Part shown: positions 1 to 8,936 of the stretch, piece after piece
Layout: the number at the start of each line of letters is the position of its first letter
Position numbering within the stretch: the first letter of the stretch is position 1
Assembly: GCA_030649735.1 (NCBI GenBank)
Contig: JAUSFL010000044.1
Span: forward strand, 14,038-78,037
Source: Candidatus Iainarchaeum sp.
GTDB taxonomy: Archaea > Iainarchaeota > Iainarchaeia > Iainarchaeales > UBA10191
DNA length: 64,000 bases
Reading direction: 5' to 3'
Made by a program: the position numbers and the translations under genes
Notes under the pieces: generated by a model
Told to the model about the DNA's origin: nothing
Seen by the model: the letters and a program-made list of their open reading frames with translations, nothing else
Database searches by the model: none

Positions 1-838
1 TTGCTTTTGGCAAATGCAACCCTATCCAATGGAAGCGTTGCAAGAGTGTACAATTTCTCTACGCGGGAAAGTTTTCCAAATTGAGAAATTCTCTCACGCC
101 AGCTTTTCATTGACTCCTTGCCAACCAAAGCTCCCGGCACCCCTTTCAAAAGCCCCATTTCATAAAATTGTCTTCCGCCAGCAAAATTTCTTATGCGCGC
201 ATTCATGTAGTCGCGAATTTTCCTTGCAGATTGATAGTAAACTTTTGCAGAATTTACAAAGACAACCCGGTTTCCTGCCTTAATTTCCAAAAAAGTGTCA
301 TCGCAAATAATATTAGCAGGCATTTTCACTGATTCTGCAAAATCCCTTTTAACGCCATAAAGCATTCCAGTGACCCAGGGAGTTCCTGAACGAAGAACTT
401 CCTTTGATAATTTGTTTATTCCACGCATGAATGCTGAATCAGCCGCTGTTAAAGGAACTATTCTCGCAGCTGCAATCAAAGCTCTTCCGGAAAGCGCGCT
501 TTTCAAGTTTTCCAAGGCCTTGCGATGGACTAGAACATCAGCATCGGCAAAAAACAATACTTTCGCACGCCCATCCATTTTCTTGACCAGGGCATTCCAT
601 GCAACTGCCTTTCCCGGGGCGCTAACAATAAGCTTCACATCTCCCCTACGCTGCTCAACACTGATCCGCTTCACAATTTCCTCAGTCTTGTCAGTGCAGC
701 CGTTGCAGCAAACCATGACTTCACGCATTCCTGGAGGCGTCTGCCTCCACAAAGTGCTTTTGAAAACACTTGAAAGCATTCTCTCAATGCTTTCCTCCTC
801 ATTATAAGCCGCAATTCCAACACTCAAAAAATCAGCCA
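1..838 (-). CDS. Glycosyltransferase family 2 (5'-partial in window; start codon at 838-836)
   Basis: Minus-strand translation from 838: MADFLSVGIAAYNEEESIERML... with a DADV (DxD) motif, typical GT2 N-terminus. The plus-strand ORFs 14-283 and 370-807 are its antisense shadows. Confidence 0.65.
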
Positions 839-934
839 TTTAAAGCACCTTAATTTATGGTTTTTCCAGAGAATGACGCAATTTCAAATTATAAGCTTTT
901 GGATTGAATTTAAAAGAAAATTTTAAAGGGAAAC

Positions 935-987
935 GCAGGGCAGATTTTTTGTGGGGGCTTTGGGGAAAATAACCTTTTCTGCCCTGC
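935..987. other. Perfect 10-bp inverted repeat (GCAGGGCAGA / TCTGCCCTGC) with a 33-nt loop in the divergent intergenic region
   Basis: Read directly at 935-944 and 978-987. Confidence 0.5.
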
Positions 988-1094
988 TGGAAAAGCACAA
1001 TTTTGGAATGACTAACAAAATCATACTCGAAAAAGAGCTTCTAGACTAAAAAAACAGCATTGGCTTTTAAAAATTCCCAAACACAGTATTTTCA

Positions 1095-1163
1095 GGCGAT
1101 GATGAAGTTAACACCTATAGACCTTGAGCGATCAAGGAGTGATGAGGATGTCAAGACTGAGCC
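1095..1163 (+). ncRNA. Candidate archaeal C/D-box sRNA
   Basis: C box ATGATGA (1099-1105), C' box GTGATGA (1139-1145) and D box CTGA (1157-1160) lie 11 nt after C'. A terminal stem GGC(1095-1097)/GCC(1161-1163) closes it. The D' box is degenerate (TTGA, 1124-1127). Confidence 0.4.
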
Positions 1164-1217
1164 TATTTTCTTTTATTAGTTTCGAACCTTATTCTAAAGG
1201 TTTTTGACGGAGTTGAT

Positions 1218-1523
1218 TTGAAAATGCCAGATTTGAAAATTAAGGACTTGAAGGCCGGAACCGGCGACGTAACAATTGAATTGGAAATTGTGAGCCTGGG
1301 GGAAGCAAGGGCTTTCAGCAGCTTTAAAGGCCAAGGAACTGTCTGCAGCGCAGCGGGAAAAGATTCTGACGGAAAAGAAATCACGGTTTCATTATGGAAC
1401 GACCAGTGCAAGCAAGTTCACGAAGGCGACAAAATAAAAATCGAAAAAGGCTACGTGAGCGAGTACAAGGGCCAAAAGCAATTAAGCACTGGAAAATTTG
1501 GCATTTTGACTGTTTTAAAATAA
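1218..1523 (+). CDS. OB-fold ssDNA-binding protein (short archaeal SSB/RPA-like)
   Basis: 101-aa single OB-fold pattern (VTIELEIVSLGEARAF...ITVSLWNDQ...GDKIKIEKGYV). Confidence 0.5.
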   Translation: MKMPDLKIKDLKAGTGDVTIELEIVSLGEARAFSSFKGQGTVCSAAGKDSDGKEITVSLWNDQCKQVHEGDKIKIEKGYVSEYKGQKQLSTGKFGILTVLK

Positions 1524-1576
1524 AGCATTCAAGAAAAAAGCCGGGTTAATAAAGTTTTTTCAGGAATAATGGTATT

Positions 1577-2845
1577 ATGCTGGACATTGATTTAATCAGG
1601 AAGAACCCACAGTTTGTCAAGGAAAACCTTGCAAAAAGGCTTTGCGAAATCAGCATTGACGAAGTCGTGAAATCCGATCTCGAATGGAAGAAAAGCAAAG
1701 AGCTTGAGGATTCTTTAAGAAAGAAAAGAAACGACTTGACTGAAGAAATCAAGAACGCAAAAATGCAGAAAAAGCCTGCAGAGCGCTTGGTTGATGAAGC
1801 AAAGCAAGTCGCAGACAAAATAATCGTCGCGGGCGAAAAAACAAAAGAAATGGCTGAAAAAAGAAACTATCTGATTGAAAGGCTTCCGAACTTGATTGAC
1901 AATTCTGTTCCTGAAGGCCCTGAAGAAAATTTCAAAATAGTAAAAGAATGGGGCAAAAAGCCAAGCTTTGATTTCAAGCCAAAACAGCACCACGAGCTTG
2001 GGCAATCTTTGGGAATTTTGGACATGCCCCGCGCGGCAAAGATTGCGGGCGCTGGATTTTACATGTTCCGCGGGCCATTGGCAAGGTTGGAATGGGCTTT
2101 AATCAATTATTTTAGGGATTCTCACTTCAAAAACGGATTTGAGGAAATTTGCCCGCCATTTTTAGTCAATTCGCAAACTGCTTTTGGCACTGGAAATTTG
2201 CCAAAATTTGAGAAAGACCTTTACAAGACCATTGACGGCTTTTACTTGATTCCTACAGCCGAAGTTCCAGTAACAAACATTTACGCCAATGAAGTCTTGG
2301 AAGAAAGCGAATTGCCAAAAAGATTTTACGCTTACACGCCATGCTATAGGACAGAGGCTGGAAGGCACGGCTCTGAAACCCCTGGGTTTTTCAGGCTGCA
2401 TCAATTTGACAAGGTTGAAATGGTTTTCTTGAGCAAGCCTGAAGACTCTTGGAAAATGCATGAGGAAATGCTTTCTTTTGGGGAAAAATTGATTGAAGGC
2501 TTGGGCTTGCATTACAGGACTAAAATGCTTGCTGCCGGAGATTGCGGAATTGCTTCTGCAAAAACTTACGATTTGGAAGTTTACGCTCCGGGAATGGACA
2601 AGTATTTGGAAACCAGCAGCATTTCAAACTGCACTGACTTTCAGGCAAGAAGAATGAACACCAAGTATAAGACAAAAGAAGGCTCAAAGTTAATTCACAC
2701 TTTGAATGGTTCTGGCCTTGCAACACCGCGCTTGATGATTGCACTAATGGAAACTTGCCAGACAAAGGAAGGAAACATCAAGGTTCCGGAAGTACTGCAA
2801 AAATACATGAACGGCTTGAAAGAAATAGCGCCGGTAAAAAAATAA
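1577..2845 (+). CDS. serS: Seryl-tRNA synthetase
   Basis: Class II motifs FRGPLARLEWAL, TPCYRTEAGRHGSETPGFFRLHQFDKVE and GSGLATPRLMIALME; N-terminal coiled-coil arm. Confidence 0.92.
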   Translation: MLDIDLIRKNPQFVKENLAKRLCEISIDEVVKSDLEWKKSKELEDSLRKKRNDLTEEIKNAKMQKKPAERLVDEAKQVADKIIVAGEKTKEMAEKRNYLIERLPNLIDNSVPEGPEENFKIVKEWGKKPSFDFKPKQHHELGQSLGILDMPRAAKIAGAGFYMFRGPLARLEWALINYFRDSHFKNGFEEICPPFLVNSQTAFGTGNLPKFEKDLYKTIDGFYLIPTAEVPVTNIYANEVLEESELPKRFYAYTPCYRTEAGRHGSETPGFFRLHQFDKVEMVFLSKPEDSWKMHEEMLSFGEKLIEGLGLHYRTKMLAAGDCGIASAKTYDLEVYAPGMDKYLETSSISNCTDFQARRMNTKYKTKEGSKLIHTLNGSGLATPRLMIALMETCQTKEGNIKVPEVLQKYMNGLKEIAPVKK

Positions 2846-2847
2846 AA

Positions 2848-3066
2848 TTATTTCTTTAATTCGGCGAGCTTTTTCTTCCAGTCTTTAAGCGTCAAGCGTT
2901 TCATTTCTTTTCCGTGCAAGACTTGGCCATTGGCCAGTTTCAAAAGCAAGTAAGGCGCAGCGCATTCCCCGCATTTCGTCAAAGAGCCAAAATGGCAATA
3001 GCCTTGCTTTTCCCACAGGCTAAGGCAAAATTCAAGTTCTGAAACCAAAGAATTCATAAAATTCAA
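2848..3066 (-). CDS. Small Cys-containing hypothetical protein
   Basis: 72-aa ORF with C..C...CxxC. Confidence 0.3.
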   Translation of the reverse strand: MNFMNSLVSELEFCLSLWEKQGYCHFGSLTKCGECAAPYLLLKLANGQVLHGKEMKRLTLKDWKKKLAELKK

Positions 3067-3075
3067 ACAAGAAAA

Positions 3076-3684
3076 TTATCTTTTGCTAATGTAGCTTTTC
3101 CTGATTTTTTGCAGTGCTTCAAAGTCTGCAATCCGGACTGTGCCTTGCTGGATTCTTTGCGCTATTTGCTGCAATTGGTCTTGGTGGACTGAACTGATTT
3201 CCAAACTTTGCGAAGCCTGCCTTAATTCCTGCAAAATCCTTAAAGAATTCATGCGCATTGCTTGCCTTGAAACTGCAGGATCCAAATGCTCCCGCACTAC
3301 TGGCTCGCGCCTTGCTGTCTGAGGCCTTTGAGCAGAAGGCCTTTTTTCCAAAGGCCCTAATTTTGAAAGCTCTCTTTTTTGGAACAATTGCTTCACGCGT
3401 TCAATGTCTGCGGCAGTCCAAGAGCCAGTGATGTTTCTTTCTTCAATGGCACGCAATTCAGCCTGGGCCTTCATTGACAAGTGAGTTGTCTGCTCTGAAA
3501 GCATTTCCCTAAATTTCCCCAAAAGCCCTGAAAGCTCAACGCTTGCAGTCCTCCGCGGCTTTGCGACAGGCCTTAACTTTTCTTTCCCGTAAGTCGGCCC
3601 GCGGGGATGCTTTTCAAAATGTTCTGAAGCCCTGCTGACTCCGGAAATCGGAGGAATGAAAGGCTTTCTCGGAGGCTTTGGCAT
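3076..3684 (-). CDS. Hypothetical basic protein
   Basis: 202-aa ORF, Pro/Arg-rich N-terminus, locally higher GC by eye; next to tnpB. Confidence 0.35.
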   Translation of the reverse strand: MPKPPRKPFIPPISGVSRASEHFEKHPRGPTYGKEKLRPVAKPRRTASVELSGLLGKFREMLSEQTTHLSMKAQAELRAIEERNITGSWTAADIERVKQLFQKRELSKLGPLEKRPSAQRPQTARREPVVREHLDPAVSRQAMRMNSLRILQELRQASQSLEISSVHQDQLQQIAQRIQQGTVRIADFEALQKIRKSYISKR

Positions 3685-3803
3685 GAAATAATTAACGCAT
3701 TGCGGGTTTTTTAATCTGTAGCATGAAAAATCCAGGAACGGCTGCCCTTTAGAGTGGAAATGAATCGCGCTTCAAATTATTCTTTCGACCGGAATTCTGG
3801 GGT

Positions 3804-4979
3804 TTGGGAGTGTTTATTAATTTTAGAATGTACTTTTTTGTAATGGCTGAGTCTAGTTTGAGGGCTTATAAATTCAGATTGTATCCAAATAAATTGCAGA
3901 TTTTGGGATTGCGTAAGCATCTATGGATATCTAAGAATCTGTGGAATAAATTGCTTGCTTTTTGTAAGGGCATTTATGCTAAAACTAAAAGGTTTCCGAA
4001 AAAGACTGAATTGCAGTTAATGGTGAAGGGTTTTGGTTTGTATTCTCAGACTCAGCAGTGTGTTTCTCATCGAGTGTTCGAGTCAATCAAGAGGATGTTT
4101 ACTCTTAAGAAAAAGGGGGTTCATTGTGGTTTTCCAAGGTTTAAGAGTTTTCACAATATGAAGTCTTTGTATTATCCTCAGAGTGGTTTTAAGCTCGGGA
4201 AGAAGTTAAAGGTGACTCCTTTTGGTGAAATTGCAATCAGAAAGCATAGGAAAATTAAGGGACGAATTAAGACTTTGAGTTTGAAACTGGAGCCTACTGG
4301 CAAGTGGTATGCTGTTTTTACTGTGGAAGTAGAATTAGAGCACAGGGTAAATTGCGGTGGTTTTGTGGGTGTTGATTTGGGTTTGAAGTCTTTTGCTTCT
4401 TTGTCTGATGGTCTGATAATTCAGAATCCGCATCATTTTAAAAAGTACGAAAGCAAACTTTCTTTTTTGCAGAGGAATTTATCACGATGCAAGAAAGATT
4501 CAAGAAACAGAAATAAAGCCAAGCATAAAGTTGCTTTATTGCATGAGAAAGTAGGTAATTCGCGCAGGGATTTTTTGCATAAGTTGAGTGCTTCTTTAGT
4601 TTCAAAATATTCTCTAATAGCATTGGAAAAGCTTAATCCAAAAGAAATGAGTGAACAACAATTAGGAAAAAGCATTCATGATGCTGGTTGGAGCATGTTC
4701 TCGAACATGTTGTGCTACAAGGCTGAAAGTGCTGGTAGCAGAATAGTGTTCGTGAATCCAAAAGACACAACTAAAGAATGCAGTGAATGCGGATCATTAT
4801 CCAAGAAAAACTTGCAGGATAGAACACACAATTGCCCAATTTGCGGTTTTTCTCTGGATAGAGATTTAAATGCTGCCAAAGTTATACTCAAAAGAGCTAC
4901 CGCCGGACTTGCGGAATGTAACGCTTGCGGAGTCGGAACAAAAAGTTCCGTCAAGGAAGCAAGAAACCCAGTCAATTAA
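3804..4979 (+). CDS. tnpB: TnpB (IS200/IS605 OrfB-family RNA-guided nuclease), solitary
   Basis: RuvC-I GVDLGLKSFASLSDG, RuvC-II E in ALEKLN, C-terminal zinc finger CSECG...CPICG. No tnpA nearby. Confidence 0.88.
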   Translation: MGVFINFRMYFFVMAESSLRAYKFRLYPNKLQILGLRKHLWISKNLWNKLLAFCKGIYAKTKRFPKKTELQLMVKGFGLYSQTQQCVSHRVFESIKRMFTLKKKGVHCGFPRFKSFHNMKSLYYPQSGFKLGKKLKVTPFGEIAIRKHRKIKGRIKTLSLKLEPTGKWYAVFTVEVELEHRVNCGGFVGVDLGLKSFASLSDGLIIQNPHHFKKYESKLSFLQRNLSRCKKDSRNRNKAKHKVALLHEKVGNSRRDFLHKLSASLVSKYSLIALEKLNPKEMSEQQLGKSIHDAGWSMFSNMLCYKAESAGSRIVFVNPKDTTKECSECGSLSKKNLQDRTHNCPICGFSLDRDLNAAKVILKRATAGLAECNACGVGTKSSVKEARNPVN

Positions 4980-5041
4980 GACTGAGGGGATGTCACCTTT
5001 TGGCTTTTTAAACAATAAAAACCATTCAATAATCAGTCATT

Positions 5042-5755
5042 ATGAATTCAGTCTTGAATTTTTCCACAATTGAAAAAAAGGAAGTCTTGAAGTTTTTGGA
5101 GAACTTTCCAAGCTCTGGCGTGCGTTCAGAGTTTGAGGAATACCGTTGCAAGATTCTGGACTGTGCTGTAGTGCTTTACAAATCGGGAAAGCTTTTGATT
5201 CAAGGAAACTCTGCGGAAAAAGTGAAGGCGACAATTTTGCAAAAGGTTTCTTTCAAGGACGAACTAGTGCTTGGAATTGATGAAGTCGGCAGGGGCGAAG
5301 GCTTTGGAGCTTTTGTTGTTGCAGGGGTTTTGGGAAAAACAAGCGCTTTGCGCGAGCTAAGGGACAGCAAGAAAACCGCAAAGGAAAAAATTCCTGAAAA
5401 GGCAAGGCTTGTGAAAAAAAATGCGGAGTGGTTTTTTGTTGAAATTTCGGCGAGTGAAATTGACTCTTTAAGAGAGTTAGGCACTACAATGAATCAAATC
5501 CAGGCAAACGCAGTGAACAAAATCATCAAGCATTTTGAAGCCGAAAAAGCAAAAGAAAAATTCCGGATTGTAGTTGACGGCTCGAAAATCAAAGGCATTG
5601 ACAAGAAAGCAGAATTTTTGACAAAAGCCGACGACCTTGTAGTGCAATGCGCTGCTGCTTCAATAATCGCAAAAGACGCAAGAAATAATAGCAAGGATTC
5701 TGGAAAAAGAAATACTTGGAAAAGCAAGGAAAATTCAGAGAAAACAAAAAATTAA
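5042..5755 (+). CDS. rnhB: Ribonuclease HII with N-terminal extension
   Basis: GIDEVGRGEGFGAFVVAGV (DE), LRDSKK (DSK), EID, IVVDGS. Contains an in-frame copy of the dispersed 16-mer (ELGTT). Confidence 0.7.
   Translation: MNSVLNFSTIEKKEVLKFLENFPSSGVRSEFEEYRCKILDCAVVLYKSGKLLIQGNSAEKVKATILQKVSFKDELVLGIDEVGRGEGFGAFVVAGVLGKTSALRELRDSKKTAKEKIPEKARLVKKNAEWFFVEISASEIDSLRELGTTMNQIQANAVNKIIKHFEAEKAKEKFRIVVDGSKIKGIDKKAEFLTKADDLVVQCAAASIIAKDARNNSKDSGKRNTWKSKENSEKTKN
5477..5488 (+). repeat. Dispersed element copy (TTAGGCACTACA; context GAGTTAGGCACTACAA), inside rnhB in frame (LGTT)
   Basis: Exact 12-mer; the surrounding 16-mer is identical to the copies at 29045 and 31186. Confidence 0.8.
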
Positions 5756-5779
5756 ATACGCAAACAAGGTGAATATATT

Positions 5780-6220
5780 ATGGAAGTAAAAATCACAAGC
5801 CCAAAATACAATGAAATACTCAAAGTAGGCCAAAAAGTCAAGATAACGTGGACTGCCGATAGCGTTACAGAAAGAGCCGCAACCACAATTGAAATAACTT
5901 GCTATGGCCCGCGTGCAAAGCTTAGCGGCGATATATCTGCAGCAGATATTCCCGCACCCGCAAAACTAAAGTTAATATTCGAAGCTTTGCCAGAGAAAAC
6001 TTTATCTTACGATTGGGTTGTTCCTACCGCAAAAGAATGTAATATTGTTGAAGAAGAAAAAAAAAGTTGGAATGCATGGCACACTTTTTTTAATATTGGG
6101 CCAGATCTTGAATATCATTGGCCAAAAGATCCAGAAACAAGATTTACAATACGAATTGCGGTTCAAAATAAAGAAGAGCCCTGCCAGTCAGACTATATCC
6201 AATTCCAAGTTAAGGAATAA
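5780..6220 (+). CDS. Hypothetical protein
   Basis: 146-aa ORF; its N-terminal ITSP..G..V.ITW pattern is reminiscent of Kre9/KNH1-like domains. Confidence 0.4.
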   Translation: MEVKITSPKYNEILKVGQKVKITWTADSVTERAATTIEITCYGPRAKLSGDISAADIPAPAKLKLIFEALPEKTLSYDWVVPTAKECNIVEEEKKSWNAWHTFFNIGPDLEYHWPKDPETRFTIRIAVQNKEEPCQSDYIQFQVKE

Positions 6221-6243
6221 TTCGACAAGATCATTAAATTTGG

Positions 6244-6807
6244 CTAGTTCCCTTGAAACACAGTGATTGGCTTTTTGAGCTTTGCAGCCTGCTGTTTTGA
6301 AAGAAGAATTCTTTTAACGCTGTTTCCGACAAGCGCTGAATTGCCGAAAGGGTCAAGCACTTCAACAGTGAATGAAAATTTGGAGTCGCGCGCAGCGTGG
6401 ATTTTTTCCAAGGCTTTGTCTGCGGCTTTGACTTCTTTGGGCTCTTTTGCAGAGCTTACCAGAATTTCAGCGACTTGCTGAATGCGGTCCAAAAGGCCTT
6501 CAATGTTGCTGAAATAGCCGTCACTTGCAGGCCCTGGTTCGATTAAAACTCCGAGCTCTGGAATTTTTATTGTTGCAGTTGAACTTTTGATTATTTTAAT
6601 GCTCAAGTGCGAAGGCTTTGAAATTTTTGCAGAATACTCGACTGGCTTTTTGAAGTCAAGGCTCATTACGTCAGAAAGCTTAAAGCCGCACTTTTCACAA
6701 TGCAGGACTGAAAAAAGCATTTTTCCAAAATTAGCAATTTCTTCAACAGTCTGCTGCAGTTGAATGTCTGCATTGCAGTTCGGGCATTTTACGTTCTGAG
6801 TGGGCAT
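6244..6807 (-). CDS. ZPR1-type zinc-finger protein
   Basis: CPNC...CEKC zinc ribbon followed by the DPFGNSAL (ZPR1 DPxGNS) motif. Confidence 0.7.
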   Translation of the reverse strand: MPTQNVKCPNCNADIQLQQTVEEIANFGKMLFSVLHCEKCGFKLSDVMSLDFKKPVEYSAKISKPSHLSIKIIKSSTATIKIPELGVLIEPGPASDGYFSNIEGLLDRIQQVAEILVSSAKEPKEVKAADKALEKIHAARDSKFSFTVEVLDPFGNSALVGNSVKRILLSKQQAAKLKKPITVFQGN

Positions 6808-6853
6808 GAAAGAAATTAGAAAGCTTGTGATTTAATGCTTTATGGTCTGGAGT

Positions 6854-7396
6854 CTAGCGCTTTGCTGTTCTTCCGCGCGGAGTCCTGGCTTTAAAAATTT
6901 GAGAGCTCAAGAATTCTTCATCCTGTTTTCTCAAGCTATCATAGCTTGTGGTTCTAGGGTTTCTTCCAATTGCAAGCTGGGCCGCAATTATTTCCTTCAA
7001 GGCCTTGATTTCATTTTCAGTGTCAGAGCGGAAATTGTCAAACTTTTCAAGCCTTTTTTCAAAAGGAAGCAGTTTTGTTTCTTCAACGCCCGCGCTTTCT
7101 GATTTTGAAGCGACTAATTCCTGCTCCAAGTCATTAAGCCTTGAATGCGCCATGTCTGTCTTTTTGCTCATTGCATTAAGCCTTGACTGGATTGCAATCA
7201 TTGTTTCTGCAGTGGAATAGTCTGCCGGAAGCCTTGATTCTGAGGCAAGTTCCTTGTTAAAGTAAACTTTCACTTCAGGATTGCTTGGCTCTTGAAAGAC
7301 GCGTTTGGGCTTTGAAAGGTCAATAAGCCACACTACCAAGAATAAAATAACTGCCGATGCAAGCAAAATCAAGGAAAGCTCAGTCATTAACCCCAC
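6854..7396 (-). CDS. Membrane-anchored coiled-coil hypothetical protein
   Basis: N-terminal TM helix (LSLILLASAVILFLVVWLI) followed by a charged helical region. Confidence 0.45.
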   Translation of the reverse strand: MGLMTELSLILLASAVILFLVVWLIDLSKPKRVFQEPSNPEVKVYFNKELASESRLPADYSTAETMIAIQSRLNAMSKKTDMAHSRLNDLEQELVASKSESAGVEETKLLPFEKRLEKFDNFRSDTENEIKALKEIIAAQLAIGRNPRTTSYDSLRKQDEEFLSSQIFKARTPRGRTAKR

Positions 7397-7468
7397 TAAA
7401 TTAATTAGTGAAAAGAAACTCTTTTAAATCAGAAAAGCCGGCTTTAAAAGAAAACAGTGTTTTTGGCA

Positions 7469-7960
7469 TTATTTGTACTTGTAGTCGTAAGTTCCGTAAG
7501 ACACCAAAAGCTCTTCGCCTTTCTTGATTTTTCGCAGAGTTCTGAAATTAGCGCCGTTGTTTTCTGCCTTGATGTTTGGCTTTTTTGAATGATTGATGTA
7601 GAATGAAGGCTCCATTCCATTAAGCCCCAAATCCCATGCCCAGAAAGAGCCGTCTTTTTGAATCACGAAGAAAGCGTCAATCAATTCCAGGACTGCCTTG
7701 TCTGCGTTCTGGAATTCTGAAATATTGAATTTCACCCATTTTTGCTTTCTCACGCTTGGGAAAGGGTTTGTTCCCTTGGGAATGTCCCTTATTGCAAGAA
7801 TTCCAACTCCTTGGACTTTTGAAGGCGCAATTCTGCAGTAAGTGCTTTTCAAATTTTGCAATAATTCTTTCCGCGAGTTCACGAGATTATAGAATCCGCT
7901 AACTCTTTTAATTCTTTCCAAAAAGCGCTTGGAAGTTTTTTTCAGCAGCCTTTTGGACAT
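7469..7960 (-). CDS. SET-domain protein (putative lysine methyltransferase)
   Basis: GVGILAIRDIPKG and INHSKKPN (NHSCxPN-like) motifs and a C-terminal Tyr. The ORF 5' end overlaps the TatD 3' end by ~50 nt; the true start may be later. Confidence 0.65.
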   Translation of the reverse strand: MSKRLLKKTSKRFLERIKRVSGFYNLVNSRKELLQNLKSTYCRIAPSKVQGVGILAIRDIPKGTNPFPSVRKQKWVKFNISEFQNADKAVLELIDAFFVIQKDGSFWAWDLGLNGMEPSFYINHSKKPNIKAENNGANFRTLRKIKKGEELLVSYGTYDYKYK

Positions 7961-8666
7961 TTTCTGCCTGAATGCCTTTCAATTCTGCAATTTTTGAGGC
8001 AATTCTTGGAATCCAAACCGACGAGCATTGTTCTCCAGAGAATTCAAGCGGGCTGTCTGTCTCTAAAAGCAGTTTTTCCAAAGGCAATTCTTGCGCGAAT
8101 TTTTGAATCCATTCACTGTTCAAAACTCCTGCACCCACAGAGACAAAAAAAGAAGTTTTTAGCAAGTCTTTCATTTGCTTTTCCTTGCAGACAAAAGAAT
8201 GCAATAAAACTTTTTGCGCGTTTTCTTCCTGCAGAATGCGCAGCACTTCAGCCCTAGAGCCGCGCGCGTGCACGATCAATGGCTTTTTGAATTCTTTTGA
8301 GAGTAAAATGAATTTTTTGAAAATTGCGACTTGCAATTCTTTCTCTTCTTTTGAAGTTTGCTCGTCAAAATCAAGTCCGACTTCTCCAAAAGCAATTGCT
8401 TCGCTCGCGTGCTGTATGATGTGGTTCATTGTTTCCTCGCGCTTGCTTGCCGAGTCTTCGAAGATGTGAGTTGGATGATAGCCTAAAGCCACTGAAATTA
8501 TTTTGGGAAATTGCATTTTCAATGCAAGGCACTTGTGCAATCCTTCAAGAGTTGTGGAATTTGCGATTATGCGCTTGACTCCTGCTTTTTCAGCCGCAAC
8601 AATGATTTCTGCAGGGTTTTCAAAATAGTCAAAATGACAATGAACGTCAGCCCACATTTTAGTCAC
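7908..8666 (-). CDS. TatD-family metal-dependent hydrolase/DNase
   Basis: HCHFDYF, EVGLDFDE, HARGS and LETDSP motifs. Confidence 0.85.
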   Translation of the reverse strand: MTKMWADVHCHFDYFENPAEIIVAAEKAGVKRIIANSTTLEGLHKCLALKMQFPKIISVALGYHPTHIFEDSASKREETMNHIIQHASEAIAFGEVGLDFDEQTSKEEKELQVAIFKKFILLSKEFKKPLIVHARGSRAEVLRILQEENAQKVLLHSFVCKEKQMKDLLKTSFFVSVGAGVLNSEWIQKFAQELPLEKLLLETDSPLEFSGEQCSSVWIPRIASKIAELKGIQAENVQKAAEKNFQALFGKN

Positions 8667-8698
8667 TTTTAGTATTCTGGGGGCATTTTTTTAAAAAG

Positions 8699-8710
8699 TG
8701 TAGTGCCTAA
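8699..8710 (-). repeat. Dispersed element copy (reverse orientation), intergenic between TatD and the downstream ORF
   Basis: TGTAGTGCCTAA, exact reverse complement. Confidence 0.8.
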
Positions 8711-8720
8711 CAATTATGTC

Positions 8721-8903
8721 ATGTCATTTGTAAGAAGCAAAAGCATCAAAGGCCACACTTACTACTACTTGGTTTCAAACAAGCGCGTTAACGGCCGCGT
8801 TGTTCAAAAGTTCGAAAAGTATTATGGAAAAAACTCTCCAAGCCCAAGCACTAAAGTGGAAACCGTTGATGCTTCAAAGCAAGAGCAAAGCCAGCAGCAA
8901 TAA
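8721..8903 (+). CDS. Small hypothetical protein
   Basis: The ORF track starts at a GTG inside the repeat copy (8703); the ATG at 8721 is more plausible. Confidence 0.3.
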   Translation: MSFVRSKSIKGHTYYYLVSNKRVNGRVVQKFEKYYGKNSPSPSTKVETVDASKQEQSQQQ

Positions 8904-8936
8904 AAAATTGCTGAAAAAAGAAAAAAAAGTTTTTTT

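Noticed and set aside
14-807. Plus-strand ORFs 14-283 and 370-807
   Set aside because: Antisense shadows of the minus-strand GT2 glycosyltransferase (1-838), which has a convincing GT2 N-terminus and DxD motif.
3790-3800. Shared 11-mer TTCGACCGGAA (also at 15578-15588) as proof of IS ends
   Set aside because: Any-versus-any 11-mer matches are expected many times by chance in 64 kb; kept only as a weak hint because one copy sits at the expected tnpB left-end position.
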